This document shows positions 36,840 through 46,739 of a DNA stretch of 64,000 nt, in pieces. Within the stretch, counting starts at the first letter, position 1, and every line of letters begins with the position of its first letter. Source of the stretch: Candidatus Omnitrophota bacterium. Its GTDB lineage: Bacteria; Omnitrophota; Omnitrophia; Omnitrophales; Aquincolibacteriaceae. Both the position numbers and the translations under genes were made by a program. Under the pieces are notes generated by a model, which made no database searches, was not told the DNA's origin, and saw only the letters and a list, made by a program, of their open reading frames with translations. The DNA is taken from positions 91,746 through 155,745 of the forward strand of contig JAZDJU010000037.1 in NCBI GenBank assembly GCA_043803685.1, given 5' to 3'.

Positions 36840-37886
36840 TCATTGACGGAAAATTTCGGCAAGGATATCTTCCGTATTCCGGGTAATGGCCCATCCGGGA
36901 TAGTGACGGGAGAACTTGGACACATCGCTAACCCACCAAATATGATCTCCGACCCTGTTTTTTTCAATATAGGTCGTCTTCATTTTCCGTCCCGAGATCT
37001 TCTCACACAGCTGGATGGATTCCATCATGGAACAGTGGCTAAAACGGCTTCCGCCCATATTGTAAACCTCGCCACATCGTGGGTTCTGGTAGAAATGATA
37101 AAAGCCGTTCACGAGATCATGGCTATGGATGTTGTCCCTGACCTGTTTGCCTTTGTAACCGAAGATCTGGTACTCCCGGCCCAGCACCGCGCATTTCATG
37201 AGATACGCAAGGTATCCGTGCAATTCCGCCGCGGCATGGCGAGGACCGGTCAGGCACCCGCACCGGAAACAACCGGTTTTGATCCCGAAATAGCGTCCGT
37301 ATTCCTGGACCATAATATCCGCGGCAACCTTCGAAGCGCCGAAGACCGAATGCGTGCATTGATCGAGAGACAGGCTTTCATCGATCCCGTTCTTGAAGTA
37401 AGGGTGCCCGGGATCGAGCTCCCACCGTGTTTCCAGTTCTCGGAGAGGAAGACGGTTGGGATGATCTCCGTAGACTTTGTTGGTCGAGACAAAAATAAAA
37501 ACGGCCTGGGGGCAGTGCTCACGCGTCGCTTCCAGAAGATTCATCGTGCCCACGGCATTAATCGCAAAATCCGTCTGCGGCTCCCGGGCGGCCCAGTCGT
37601 GGCTCGGCTGCGCCGCGCTATGGATCACCAGATCAACGTCCCGGCCATACTCCGCAAAAAGGCGGGAAACGGCTCCGACATCACGAATATCGATCTCATA
37701 GTTCCTGAAATGAGCGCATTCGTCCTCAAGTTCCCTGAGGCTCCCTCGAGTAGAACCTTCTTCTCCGAAAAAATATTTCCGCATGTCATTGTCGATCCCG
37801 ATAACACGGAACCCTTTCGCGTGAAAGAACCGCACCGATTCGGAACCGATAAGACCGGCCGCTCCTGTGATCAATACGCTTTTCAT
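36840..37886 (-). CDS. Extended-SDR NAD-dependent sugar epimerase/dehydratase (CDP-paratose/tyvelose 2-epimerase-like)
   Basis: [19 protein letters not shown], and [10 protein letters not shown]...HG typical of that subfamily. The YxxxK position reads FGASK. Start set at MKSVLITG. Confidence 0.8.
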   Translation of the reverse strand: MKSVLITGAAGLIGSESVRFFHAKGFRVIGIDNDMRKYFFGEEGSTRGSLRELEDECAHFRNYEIDIRDVGAVSRLFAEYGRDVDLVIHSAAQPSHDWAAREPQTDFAINAVGTMNLLEATREHCPQAVFIFVSTNKVYGDHPNRLPLRELETRWELDPGHPYFKNGIDESLSLDQCTHSVFGASKVAADIMVQEYGRYFGIKTGCFRCGCLTGPRHAAAELHGYLAYLMKCAVLGREYQIFGYKGKQVRDNIHSHDLVNGFYHFYQNPRCGEVYNMGGSRFSHCSMMESIQLCEKISGRKMKTTYIEKNRVGDHIWWVSDVSKFSRHYPGWAITRNTEDILAEIFRQ

Positions 37887-38010
37887 TGATATTTCCTTTC
37901 GAACATATAATTTCGAAAATGTTTTCTTACTATCCACCGTCGCAATTATAACAAAGAAAGCATCTCTGCGTGCTTTGGAAATAAAGGAACAAGGGCCCAA
38001 AGCTCTTGGG

Positions 38011-38847
38011 TCAGGGTCGCGTCCAAAAATATTTATTGGAGACCGCAAGATAAAAGCATCGCACAAGCTCGTAAGGGAGGAACAGAGCGTAGACCCGGAT
38101 CTTCCCCAAGAGATCTTCGTTCTTTTGGATCATCCAATGACGGTTGCGAAAACACAAATATTGCCGGAATTTCCCTCCTGTATCGGAGCTGTTGCCGGCA
38201 TGACAACACGTCATGTCCGGACAGAATTGGGCTTGCCATCCCGCCCGACTCGCCCTCCAGGCAAGGTCCACATCCTCAACAAGAAAGAAAAAACGTTCGT
38301 CAAAATAGCCTGTTTTTTCCCGGATCGCGTTGAGCATGGCCCTTCGATAAAAAGCAGCCGCGGAACAAGGACCGATGATCTTTTTTCCCGCAAGCCCGGG
38401 TCCATCCTTGGGTTTTCCTTGATTCAGATCATGGAACCTGCGACAGGCCGACAAATGGATCCCTTGGGAATAGACCGTTTTGCCATCCGCGCTCAGAACA
38501 TTCGGCTGGATCATCCCGACATCCTCGGAAAATCCTTTCCGTATTCGCTCGAACTCCGCAAGAAAACCGTCTCCAAGCACCACGTCATTGTCCAGGGCCA
38601 GAACCCAATCCCCTGAAGAACCTTCAATCCCCTGATTCCTGGCCTTGCTAGCGCCGAAATTCTTCGGGTTTTCGATCAAGTTCACGCCGGGAAAGTGCGT
38701 CTTGATGATCTCGCGCGTTTGATCCCGGGAATCGTTGTCGACCACCACGATCTCGATGTCCCGAGCGTCTTGGCGCATTATAGAATCCAGGCATGCCCGG
38801 ATAGAAGCTTGGCTGTTGAAGGTGATCACTACGATGGAGAGTCGCAT
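38011..38847 (-). CDS. GT2-family glycosyltransferase
   Basis: [40 protein letters not shown] (DxD). Confidence 0.88.
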   Translation of the reverse strand: MRLSIVVITFNSQASIRACLDSIMRQDARDIEIVVVDNDSRDQTREIIKTHFPGVNLIENPKNFGASKARNQGIEGSSGDWVLALDNDVVLGDGFLAEFERIRKGFSEDVGMIQPNVLSADGKTVYSQGIHLSACRRFHDLNQGKPKDGPGLAGKKIIGPCSAAAFYRRAMLNAIREKTGYFDERFFFLVEDVDLAWRASRAGWQAQFCPDMTCCHAGNSSDTGGKFRQYLCFRNRHWMIQKNEDLLGKIRVYALFLPYELVRCFYLAVSNKYFWTRP

Positions 38848-40202
38848 TGGCCGGCGAAAACTCTATGAAGGTTCACTTTGATGTTTTCCAGATCCTCGGC
38901 GCTGAGGTCCTGGGTCCTCACAATACATTTTCTGTTGCCGTCATAGTCCTCCCAGTTGTCGGAAACCAACCATCCCTTTTCCACGGCATCGTTAAAATAG
39001 ACCGTTCCGGGAAATGGCACGGCAAATGAAAACTGAACCGAGTCAGGCTCCACCGATCGCGCAAAATCAATCGTACTCTGGATCGTCTGTCTTGTTTCTC
39101 CTGGAAGACCAACGCAGAACGTCAAATGAACTTTAATCCCCAGGCGTTTGGAGATCCCGATCATGGAACGGGCTTTCTCTAGATCCAGATTCTTCCCGCA
39201 CGACCGTCGGACCTCTTCATCCGCTGATTCGATGCCATACTTGACGGCGTAGACACCCGCGCGGGACATAAGCTCCAACAGCGCTTCATCCATCCTATCC
39301 GCGCGGGTCATCGCTCCCCAAGGAACATTCAATTTTCGTCTGAGGATCTCCTCGCAAATATTGACAACGTGCTCGCGGTCCCCATTGAAAGTTTCGTCAT
39401 CAAAATAGACCGATTTAAAATTAAAATGCCGGATCAGGTGCTCCATTTCATCAACGACGTCCAAAAAATTCCGTTTCCTGTACCCGCTCCCTTTATAGAG
39501 CGTCTGAGGAAGAAGGCAAAAGGAACATCGAAACAAACAGCCGCGACTGGCCAGCATCTGAACGCTCGGGCCTGGCAGTCCTGCGAAACCATCGTTGTAC
39601 TTATAGATGAGAGGCGCCGTTCTCTTGGGCCATGGCAAAACATCCAGATCATTAATGCACCCCCGGCGATCGCTCACAAAGATCTGCTCCCCTGCGCGAT
39701 AAGCCAATCCGGCTACATCGTCCAGTCCATGGCCTCGCTCAAGAGCCTCCACCAACTCGACCGCCGAACGTTCATACTCTCCGATGATCACATAATCGAT
39801 GGTAGGGTGTTCCGTTAAGATCTTTGCCGCAAACTCACCGGCATGCGCCCCGCACAACCCGATATGGACATTCTTCATCGCTTGCCGAAGTGCCGCAATG
39901 ATCCTTATATCATTTTTGAATGACGGCGCAGAGGTCTCGATCAGAACAAGCCCCGGATCGAACTCCCGGATCCTTTCAAGACAAAGAGGCTCGCTGATCT
40001 GCTCAGCGATCGCATCGATCAGTTTTACGGATTTCCCTTCTTTTTCTAATAAGGCGGCGGTATAAGCGAGAAAAAACGGAAAGGGGATATAGAGAAGACG
40101 CCCGTCTACCGCAGGCTTCGAAGTGAACGGCCAACGGGATCCAGCCCTGACCCCCAAACGTCCATCCTTAAACCATGGAAGATTTACGAGGGCCGTCTTC
40201 AT
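38829..40202 (-). CDS. B12-binding-domain radical SAM protein
   Basis: MKTALVNLPW..., cobalamin-domain-like N-terminus, ASRGCLFRCSFC. Start set at MKTAL, 1 nt after the upstream stop. The track's N-terminal extension is an out-of-frame read of the neighbouring repeats. Confidence 0.88.
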   Translation of the reverse strand: MKTALVNLPWFKDGRLGVRAGSRWPFTSKPAVDGRLLYIPFPFFLAYTAALLEKEGKSVKLIDAIAEQISEPLCLERIREFDPGLVLIETSAPSFKNDIRIIAALRQAMKNVHIGLCGAHAGEFAAKILTEHPTIDYVIIGEYERSAVELVEALERGHGLDDVAGLAYRAGEQIFVSDRRGCINDLDVLPWPKRTAPLIYKYNDGFAGLPGPSVQMLASRGCLFRCSFCLLPQTLYKGSGYRKRNFLDVVDEMEHLIRHFNFKSVYFDDETFNGDREHVVNICEEILRRKLNVPWGAMTRADRMDEALLELMSRAGVYAVKYGIESADEEVRRSCGKNLDLEKARSMIGISKRLGIKVHLTFCVGLPGETRQTIQSTIDFARSVEPDSVQFSFAVPFPGTVYFNDAVEKGWLVSDNWEDYDGNRKCIVRTQDLSAEDLENIKVNLHRVFAGQCDSPS

Positions 40203-40203
40203 C

Positions 40204-40866
40204 TTACTTGTTGAGATCGAGATGATTCTGAATTCGCTCGAAGAACTCCTTGATCTGATGAATACCCTGACTGATGTCCTTGGAATCACAGCTGATCTGT
40301 TCCGACGCTTGATAGATACTCTCGAACTGGTCCGGCGGAACCAGCTTAAGTTTGATCTCTTCCAACTGATCAAGCAGAACAAGTCTTTGCCTGATCTCTC
40401 CCAGCTGATCGAGCGGAACAAGCTTTTGTTTGATCTCTTCCAACCGATCAAGCGGAACAAGCTTTTGTTTGATCTCTTCCAACCGATCAAGCGCTACGAG
40501 CTTTTGCTTGATCTCTTCCAACCGATCGAGCGCCACGAGCCTTTGCTTGATCTCTTCCAACCGATCGAGCGCTACGAGCTTTTGCTTGATCTCTGCTAAC
40601 CGATCGAGCTGAACAAGTTTTTGATTGACCTCCTCCATTTTTTGACCCTGATCAAACATCATTTGCGCGAGATTGCCAAAAACCCTGATAACAACCGCGC
40701 AAAGAGAGCTTCCCACCATGATGAGGAAGCCGCTCACGAGCGACTCATGCCCGTTCGCCTTAAAAAAGATCCAATACGCGCCGACGAGAACGCCCAGTGC
40801 GGCAATCGCCCATGCATAAAGGCCCAAAACAAATACCGTAGGAATTTTTTTAGTTTTCATCGACAT
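40204..40866 (-). CDS. Membrane-anchored protein with about 7-8 tandem 13-residue repeats (LVALDRLEEIKQK)
   Basis: Two N-terminal TM helices, then a periodic, predicted-helical repeat array. Overlaps both flanking genes' boundaries. Confidence 0.75.
   Translation of the reverse strand: MSMKTKKIPTVFVLGLYAWAIAALGVLVGAYWIFFKANGHESLVSGFLIMVGSSLCAVVIRVFGNLAQMMFDQGQKMEEVNQKLVQLDRLAEIKQKLVALDRLEEIKQRLVALDRLEEIKQKLVALDRLEEIKQKLVPLDRLEEIKQKLVPLDQLGEIRQRLVLLDQLEEIKLKLVPPDQFESIYQASEQISCDSKDISQGIHQIKEFFERIQNHLDLNK
40338..40622. repeat. 39 bp in-frame tandem repeat, about 7 copies
   Basis: Unit cttttgtttgatctcttccaaccgatcaagcggaacaag with point variants. Confidence 0.85.
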
Positions 40867-43800
40867 TGTCCTTTTTGTTGATGTTCCGTTCGACTATAGC
40901 TTGAGAACTCTTGATCCGATCGATCAGATCGGACGATCGCATCAGATCCAACGATCGAAACTTTCCATCATCTAACCATGCTTTGATCGTTTGAGTAAGT
41001 TTCAAAAAAAACGGGTTAAGATGCGGATGCTCCCTTTCCAGCAACCCGATCCAGTCAGGACGTTCCCTGACAAGACCCATCAGCTTTTCCAGCAAAACAT
41101 CGTCGTGCGTGTTATAAACGGAGATCAGGAGATGTTTATAGAGCAATCGTTGAAACTCCGTCTCCCCAAACCTGTCGATGATCCAGCGGTTAAGCGCAAG
41201 GATCAAAGCAAATAAATTCAGGGAAAAGCTTTCCTTCGGAGAAAGCAGGCTGGATAGGGCGTTTCTCTTCCCGGCATAACGATAAAAGAACGTCAGATCG
41301 ATCAAGGCCAGCCAGGGTGACAACCTGGGCTCCTTCTTCGCGCCACTCACATCCGTATCGCGAAACATAAAATGTTCCAGATCCATTAAAGAGTGATGTA
41401 TCGCCAAAAAGAAGTCCAGATAAAGGAGTGCTTCCCGATGGTTCTCCAGATCCTCATCAAGATAGCGGTTGGCTAAGCCCACATTGTCCTTCATTTTCAG
41501 GGAAAAATTTTCCGGATCTAAAAAGAACTTTTGTTCATCATAATATTCGCGACGCCAGTTCCAGAAGGTTTTAAAAAGCGAGAAAATATCATCTCGCTTT
41601 AAGTGATGCGCGATCGCCCCGGCTTCATATCCCAGCACTTGTCCCGTTCCCATAAGACGCCGGCTCAGATTCACGTCCTCATAATTGTTCTTGAGCGTCT
41701 CATCATAAAAGCCTACATCCAGAACTACCTGACGACGCAATACGGTGTTGGCGCCAAACAAGAACTCAGGGACTTTGTTTTCTGGTTCCCAATACTGTTT
41801 CATGTGAACTGCGCGCCACTCGTCGAATACGGAAGAAGTCTTGCTCTCCAGCAACTTGCCTCCCATACCGCAAATGTTCGGGTCGTCAAACCTGCTCATC
41901 AAACGCGAAAGCCAGTCATGATCCGCAACGCAATCCGCATCCAGAGACGCGACAAACTCTGTGTTCATATTCTTAAGAGCCGTATTTCTGGCAGCAGCGA
42001 GACCCTTGTTAGTCTCATGGCGGAACAATCGCACGCCATAAGAGGACGCAATGTCACAAGTTCTGTCCGTCGACCCGTCATCCACCACGGCCACCTCTAC
42101 CACAGGATACGTTTGCCTGAAAACAGCCTCCAGACAGGCCGAGAGTGTTTTTTCTGCATTGTAGCAGGGGATATACAACCCCACTCGTTTTAGCGGCAGA
42201 GCCATGCCCGAGAAAACCCATTTGCCGTCTCGATTGATCGCCACGCCGTTGCAACCCTCGAGGGATCCGCCGGACTGAAGACGGAAAAGCACATTCAATA
42301 ATATTTGCTCGCCTTCTCCGGTGATAATAAAGTCCGCGAATTTCTGCAACCCATGCGGCAATAGAAGGTCACGATCATCCTGGGTTAAATTGTAACAACA
42401 GGTTCCTCCCAGAAGAATCTTCACCTCAGGATATCTGCTCTTTACTCTCTTGATGATCTCCAGAGTAAATAATGCGGAGGTTTTTTGGACTGAAAAACAG
42501 ATCACATCGGGAGTTACCGCAAGGATCCGATCCACACATTGCTCATAGACCTGTTCCGTGATGAACGGTAATTGATAAAAGCTGTCCTCTGAACACCACC
42601 GGTCTCTGTTATGGCTATCCCAATAAGTCTTATGATCGCCAGCCACCTCATGATAGACCATGATGTTTAAGTCAAGAACGCTCGCCTCACACCCATTGGC
42701 GTTGAGATAGGCCAGCCCCAAGGAAGGCCTTTCAACGCCGAAAGGACAAGGGCATTGGACGAGAGCTATTTTCATTATGCCGGGCCTCGCATTCTCGAGC
42801 CCTGCGTCAACAATGGAACTGCTGAAAAGTTTTCTCTTTTGCGAATAGTTGCTCTCAAGGTCGAAGTCGTCCCGATAAGAACACCACTGCAGACAAGGTT
42901 TGCTGCATTGGCGTATCAACTTTCGAAGATCCCTCGCGTTCGCCGAATACCAGAGATCTTTCAGGCTGTCTTTTTTCACATCCCCGAACGTCGCCTCATG
43001 GCTATTCTGGTTCACGCAAAAATAAAGCTTCCCCTCCTGAACCACTTGAATGCGATTGTATCCGGCATAACAAGGCCTCCCGGTGATCTTTGTCCGCCCC
43101 TGAAAATACTTTTTGATCGATTCCAGATTTTCGATCGCATTGGCAACAAGATCAAAATTGCACTCGTTCATTTTCTTAAATTGAATGATAGCATCGATGG
43201 AATCCTCCAGGAGCTTCAGCCTTGCTGGCGGTATACAGACCCCCGAATTCATTTCCGCCTTTTCCTGGTCCGTATTATCTCCCACCACGGGTTGAAAGAT
43301 CACGCTGGATATCTTTAAGCTTCGGCATAATTCGATGACATCCATAAGTTCGCCAGCATTTTGATCCATGATCGTACAGACGCAACAGATCGAGGGCGAA
43401 TACCTCCCTCTTTTCTCTTTCATTGCATTGATCAACTTCACATTGGCGATGATCTTTTCCAGATAATTCTGGCCCCGGATCTTCGAAAAAGATTCCTCCG
43501 TCGCCGCATCGATCGACACGCTCAAGTTGCTCAGATTCGCTTCGAACATTTTTTCAACGATCTTTTCGGACATGATCGTGCCGTTCGTTACCACCGTAAT
43601 GGAGGAGAATCCGCAATCCGCCGCAAAAGAGACCATCTCGAATAACCGCGGTTCCAGAAAAGGCTCCCCCCCGATCAAGATCAGCGCAGGGACCTTCATT
43701 TCCGCGCCTTCTTTAATAAGTTTCTTGATCGTCGAAATATCCAGATCCACCGGGCGATTCTGGGCCTTGAAAGACTCCTCCCTTTCGTGCATGCTGCACA

Positions 43801-43936
43801 TCGTGCACCTTAAATTACAACGGAAGGTGAAATTGATCTGAAGGGCATCTGCGGGAACAAGGGGATAATCGATCTTCCGGGAAAGCCGGAAAAATGAATT
43901 CCTTTCAAGCAATCGTTCAAACCTCTCCTTATCCAT
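40850..43936 (-). CDS. Multidomain fusion: radical SAM/SPASM + cobalamin-binding-like domain (no SAM core) + GT2 glycosyltransferase + helical C-terminal domain
   Basis: FRCNLRCTMCSMHE and CYAGYN...CSKPCLQWCSYR (aa 1-375). MKIALVQCPCPFG...ITGEGE (about aa 388-575). YIPCYNAEKTL, VVDDGSTDRT, LDADCV (about aa 582-800). 1028 aa in total. Confidence 0.85.
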   Translation of the reverse strand: MDKERFERLLERNSFFRLSRKIDYPLVPADALQINFTFRCNLRCTMCSMHEREESFKAQNRPVDLDISTIKKLIKEGAEMKVPALILIGGEPFLEPRLFEMVSFAADCGFSSITVVTNGTIMSEKIVEKMFEANLSNLSVSIDAATEESFSKIRGQNYLEKIIANVKLINAMKEKRGRYSPSICCVCTIMDQNAGELMDVIELCRSLKISSVIFQPVVGDNTDQEKAEMNSGVCIPPARLKLLEDSIDAIIQFKKMNECNFDLVANAIENLESIKKYFQGRTKITGRPCYAGYNRIQVVQEGKLYFCVNQNSHEATFGDVKKDSLKDLWYSANARDLRKLIRQCSKPCLQWCSYRDDFDLESNYSQKRKLFSSSIVDAGLENARPGIMKIALVQCPCPFGVERPSLGLAYLNANGCEASVLDLNIMVYHEVAGDHKTYWDSHNRDRWCSEDSFYQLPFITEQVYEQCVDRILAVTPDVICFSVQKTSALFTLEIIKRVKSRYPEVKILLGGTCCYNLTQDDRDLLLPHGLQKFADFIITGEGEQILLNVLFRLQSGGSLEGCNGVAINRDGKWVFSGMALPLKRVGLYIPCYNAEKTLSACLEAVFRQTYPVVEVAVVDDGSTDRTCDIASSYGVRLFRHETNKGLAAARNTALKNMNTEFVASLDADCVADHDWLSRLMSRFDDPNICGMGGKLLESKTSSVFDEWRAVHMKQYWEPENKVPEFLFGANTVLRRQVVLDVGFYDETLKNNYEDVNLSRRLMGTGQVLGYEAGAIAHHLKRDDIFSLFKTFWNWRREYYDEQKFFLDPENFSLKMKDNVGLANRYLDEDLENHREALLYLDFFLAIHHSLMDLEHFMFRDTDVSGAKKEPRLSPWLALIDLTFFYRYAGKRNALSSLLSPKESFSLNLFALILALNRWIIDRFGETEFQRLLYKHLLISVYNTHDDVLLEKLMGLVRERPDWIGLLEREHPHLNPFFLKLTQTIKAWLDDGKFRSLDLMRSSDLIDRIKSSQAIVERNINKKDNVDEN

Positions 43937-43990
43937 TTTTCCTTTTTGAGCCTGTTGTATCGCCGCTGGATTCCCGGATGACGATCCTCA
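42822..43990. repeat. Segmental duplication, copy A (about 90 percent identical by eye to 46744..47912)
   Basis: Constant offset of 3922 nt in the stretches compared. Includes a remnant of the wzt-like 3' end. Confidence 0.8.
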
Positions 43991-44142
43991 GCTGCAGTAG
44001 ACGACGAATTATTCGTCCTCCCTATCGTAAAACCTTTGCACACAAGACCCGGGGCCTTGCGCTCTTGAGCCCTAGGCTCATCCCCACCCGTGCGGTGAGA
44101 AATTCCCGCCAAGTACAATTCTTTGGCTGATCCGCAACACAC

Positions 44143-45480
44143 TCATTTTTCTCTAAAAACGGGTCCGGCAACTCCGTTCTTTGAGCTTCGCCCAACACGG
44201 CCCCTTGAGATCATTTGTTCGAATCCTCTAAGACTCTCTGAGATCCTCGCGATCTCAAGGTCCAGGCTCTCATCTGCAGGATCATGAACCAGGCCCAGCA
44301 TCCGCCCGAAGCGGGCCTTACACTTCTTCCAAAGGATCAAGGCCCTGTAGCTTTTGAACATTCCGCACAATCTTCGCAAATACTCTTTTTTCTCTCGCTC
44401 ATCAGCAATGCCCGCAACAAATCTGTCACATGCGGGATAAATATCGGAAAGTTCTTCCATGTGGACACAACTCTGAAGACAAGGGGTCCGGCACTGGACA
44501 ACTTTTTTTCGTATCGCTCCGGCCCGCTTTGAGAACCAATATTGCTTCAGGGTGCCCGTTTTAAGCTCTCCATACATTCCCTGACACGTCCAAAGTCCCC
44601 CGGTAAAAGAAATGACGATCCTCGCGAAACCTTCGTAGCACTTGAGGTCCTTGTTCAAAAGGGTTCCGGAAAAATAATCCGGGATCAACTTCAAAACCTT
44701 TTCGTTCACATGGACGCTCAAATCCGAAGATGTTCTTTTTAATTCCAGAACCTGGCCAATCACTGCTCGCAGTTTTTCAAGATTTCTCTCCGAAACCCAC
44801 AGCTCATTTTTTACCCGATCCTGCATTTCTGTATTATCAGAAAGCATCGGTTGTATCACGATAATGTTACATTTCTTACTGCGCGCCACCTCAATCATGG
44901 GCACAATGTCGTCAATATTACAATCCATAATGGTGAAATTGATCCCGACCGTAGGAAGCGTGCGGTCCCCACGGATTCGATTGATCATATCGATGGCACC
45001 CACCGCCCGCTTGAATGCTCCCTCCCCACGCACAAAGTCATGCGCCTCCTCCCGACCATCGATCGAAATAGTGATATGAGTCAATCCCGCATTAACAAGT
45101 GTCCTCCCGATAGCTTCGGTGAGCATAAGTCCGTTACTGATGAGATCAACCATTTTAATCTTTTTCAAAACGGCATAGTGAACCAGCTCCTCAATATCAC
45201 GCCGCAAAAGAGGTTCTCCTCCGGAAAATATCAGATGATCCACGCCTAGATCCGCGATCTGATCAATGATCCTCTTGCATTGTTCAAGGGATAGTTCCTC
45301 TTCGCTCCGCGCCCCTTCCCCGGGGATACTGCACATTTTGCACTTCAAATTGCACCGATTCGTTAGCGAAAAATAAACATGCTCGGGGGGACACAAAGGA
45401 CGCCCGACCACTCTGGAGAAATAGAACCCCAGATTCCTCTTGAGCTTATTCCAGCTATAATCCGATGGATTATTTTCCAT
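44143..45480 (-). CDS. Radical SAM/SPASM-domain protein
   Basis: LTNRCNLKCKMCS, GGEPLL. C-terminal CYEGF...WTCQG...CRTPCLQSC. Confidence 0.88.
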   Translation of the reverse strand: MENNPSDYSWNKLKRNLGFYFSRVVGRPLCPPEHVYFSLTNRCNLKCKMCSIPGEGARSEEELSLEQCKRIIDQIADLGVDHLIFSGGEPLLRRDIEELVHYAVLKKIKMVDLISNGLMLTEAIGRTLVNAGLTHITISIDGREEAHDFVRGEGAFKRAVGAIDMINRIRGDRTLPTVGINFTIMDCNIDDIVPMIEVARSKKCNIIVIQPMLSDNTEMQDRVKNELWVSERNLEKLRAVIGQVLELKRTSSDLSVHVNEKVLKLIPDYFSGTLLNKDLKCYEGFARIVISFTGGLWTCQGMYGELKTGTLKQYWFSKRAGAIRKKVVQCRTPCLQSCVHMEELSDIYPACDRFVAGIADEREKKEYLRRLCGMFKSYRALILWKKCKARFGRMLGLVHDPADESLDLEIARISESLRGFEQMISRGRVGRSSKNGVAGPVFREK

Positions 45481-46516
45481 AACTATTGCGTCCTATGGCC
45501 CATAGGGATCTTGATCTCTCCCGAGAATAGCAAGACTGCAAACAGAGATCCCTACATCGCTTAACAGACTTTCTAAGCTTCGCGGCTTCTCGGGACGCCC
45601 AACATTCGCGAAGCGACTTCTCTGAAAGATCCCCGCAGATGCCATGGCACGTATAAACCAAAGGAGTTCCCGTATCTCCGATACAAACAAACAGGGTCTT
45701 ATAGCCTCCAAAGCATTTCCAGTCTGAACGGGACAAACTCCGCCGGTAATATTTCTTTAACAATCTCAGATCCGGTTCCTCATACAGCTGGAGGTGCCGT
45801 GCTTTGAAATGTTTGATCTGTTCTATCGTCTCGTCTAAGACATGCCACCTCTCGTCAGGGATCCAAAACTTACTGACGCGACGATCCGGTGTGTTCGCAT
45901 TGTCCTTAAGAAGAGGCTGAAAGTTGATAGCATCCACGTTCAGGGCATCCGCATACGCCATTAACTGAGGCAGATCTTCCAGGTTGTGGTCCATGACCGT
46001 ACAAGCGATCCCGACCGAAAGAGGATTTTTCGAGATCTTGCGGAGGGCGTCCACCTTTTTAATGCCTTCGATAGTTTTCTTAAAGCTGCCTTTTCCACGA
46101 ACGAGATCATTAGCCTCTTCAAGCCCGTCCAACGAGAAATGGATGTGACTCAACCCCGATGAGACAATCGCTTGCGCCAACCCTTCATCCACGAGAGTTC
46201 CGTTCGTGGTCAGGATCGATCTAAGCCCCCTGTCCTTGCAATGACCACAAATTTCAAAAAAATCCTTCCTCAATAAAGGCTCTCCGCCGGTCAGCACGGC
46301 CTCTTGAATCCCCATGTTGGCGGCTTGATCGAGAATATCGAAAATCGTCGCCAGGGACAGTCGATTACTGCCATCCCCCCGGATGGAACACATCGCACAC
46401 TTCAAATTACAGGCATCCGTCATCGGGATCTGGATCACTTCCGGAGAGACTAAAGAGTGATCGAAAAACCTAGAAGCCCAGAACAGAAAATCCTTACCCC
46501 TCTCCTTCAGAGACAT
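45470..46516 (-). CDS. Radical SAM/SPASM-domain protein
   Basis: MTDACNLKCAMCS, TGGEPLL. C-terminal WKCFGGY...YTCHG...CRDLCLQSC. Confidence 0.88.
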   Translation of the reverse strand: MSLKERGKDFLFWASRFFDHSLVSPEVIQIPMTDACNLKCAMCSIRGDGSNRLSLATIFDILDQAANMGIQEAVLTGGEPLLRKDFFEICGHCKDRGLRSILTTNGTLVDEGLAQAIVSSGLSHIHFSLDGLEEANDLVRGKGSFKKTIEGIKKVDALRKISKNPLSVGIACTVMDHNLEDLPQLMAYADALNVDAINFQPLLKDNANTPDRRVSKFWIPDERWHVLDETIEQIKHFKARHLQLYEEPDLRLLKKYYRRSLSRSDWKCFGGYKTLFVCIGDTGTPLVYTCHGICGDLSEKSLRECWASREAAKLRKSVKRCRDLCLQSCYSRERSRSLWAIGRNSYGK

Positions 46517-46739
46517 GACGAATCCTCCTGCTTAAGCACGCGAGCCGCCCTCTCATTACATTCCTTCAGGATCGTACAACAGGCCTGAAAGCAAGGGACG
46601 TGTTCGTTGAGCGTTTGCCGCAATTTCAAATACTCACTAGCCCGAAAATCCTTGAGACGCACCCCTTTTTATATTCATCCAAGACATAGTCTTCTGGAGC
46701 TGCGGACATTGCAGAGCATCACCGTTCGCATCAACGAAC
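46517..46739 (-). pseudogene. Degraded 3' fragment of a SPASM-domain gene
   Basis: Three frames together read FVDANGDALQCPQLQKT / YVLDEYKKG / VRLKDFRASEYLKLRQTLNEHVPCFQACCTILKEC. Two frameshifts are needed, and no radical-SAM core lies upstream. Confidence 0.6.

Noticed and set aside
40338-40622. CRISPR array (also considered for 35460..36480)
   Set aside because: The repeats are contiguous with no unique spacers. Their periods are multiples of 3 (39 and 102 bp), and they lie inside long ORFs encoding periodic peptides. No cas genes are present.
43810-44142. 110 aa ORF filling the 206 nt spacer upstream of the fusion gene
   Set aside because: It overlaps the start of the 1028 aa gene by 127 nt in another frame. 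The spacer it covers contains the orphaned 3' remnant of the duplicated wzt-like gene, so the open frame is most likely incidental.
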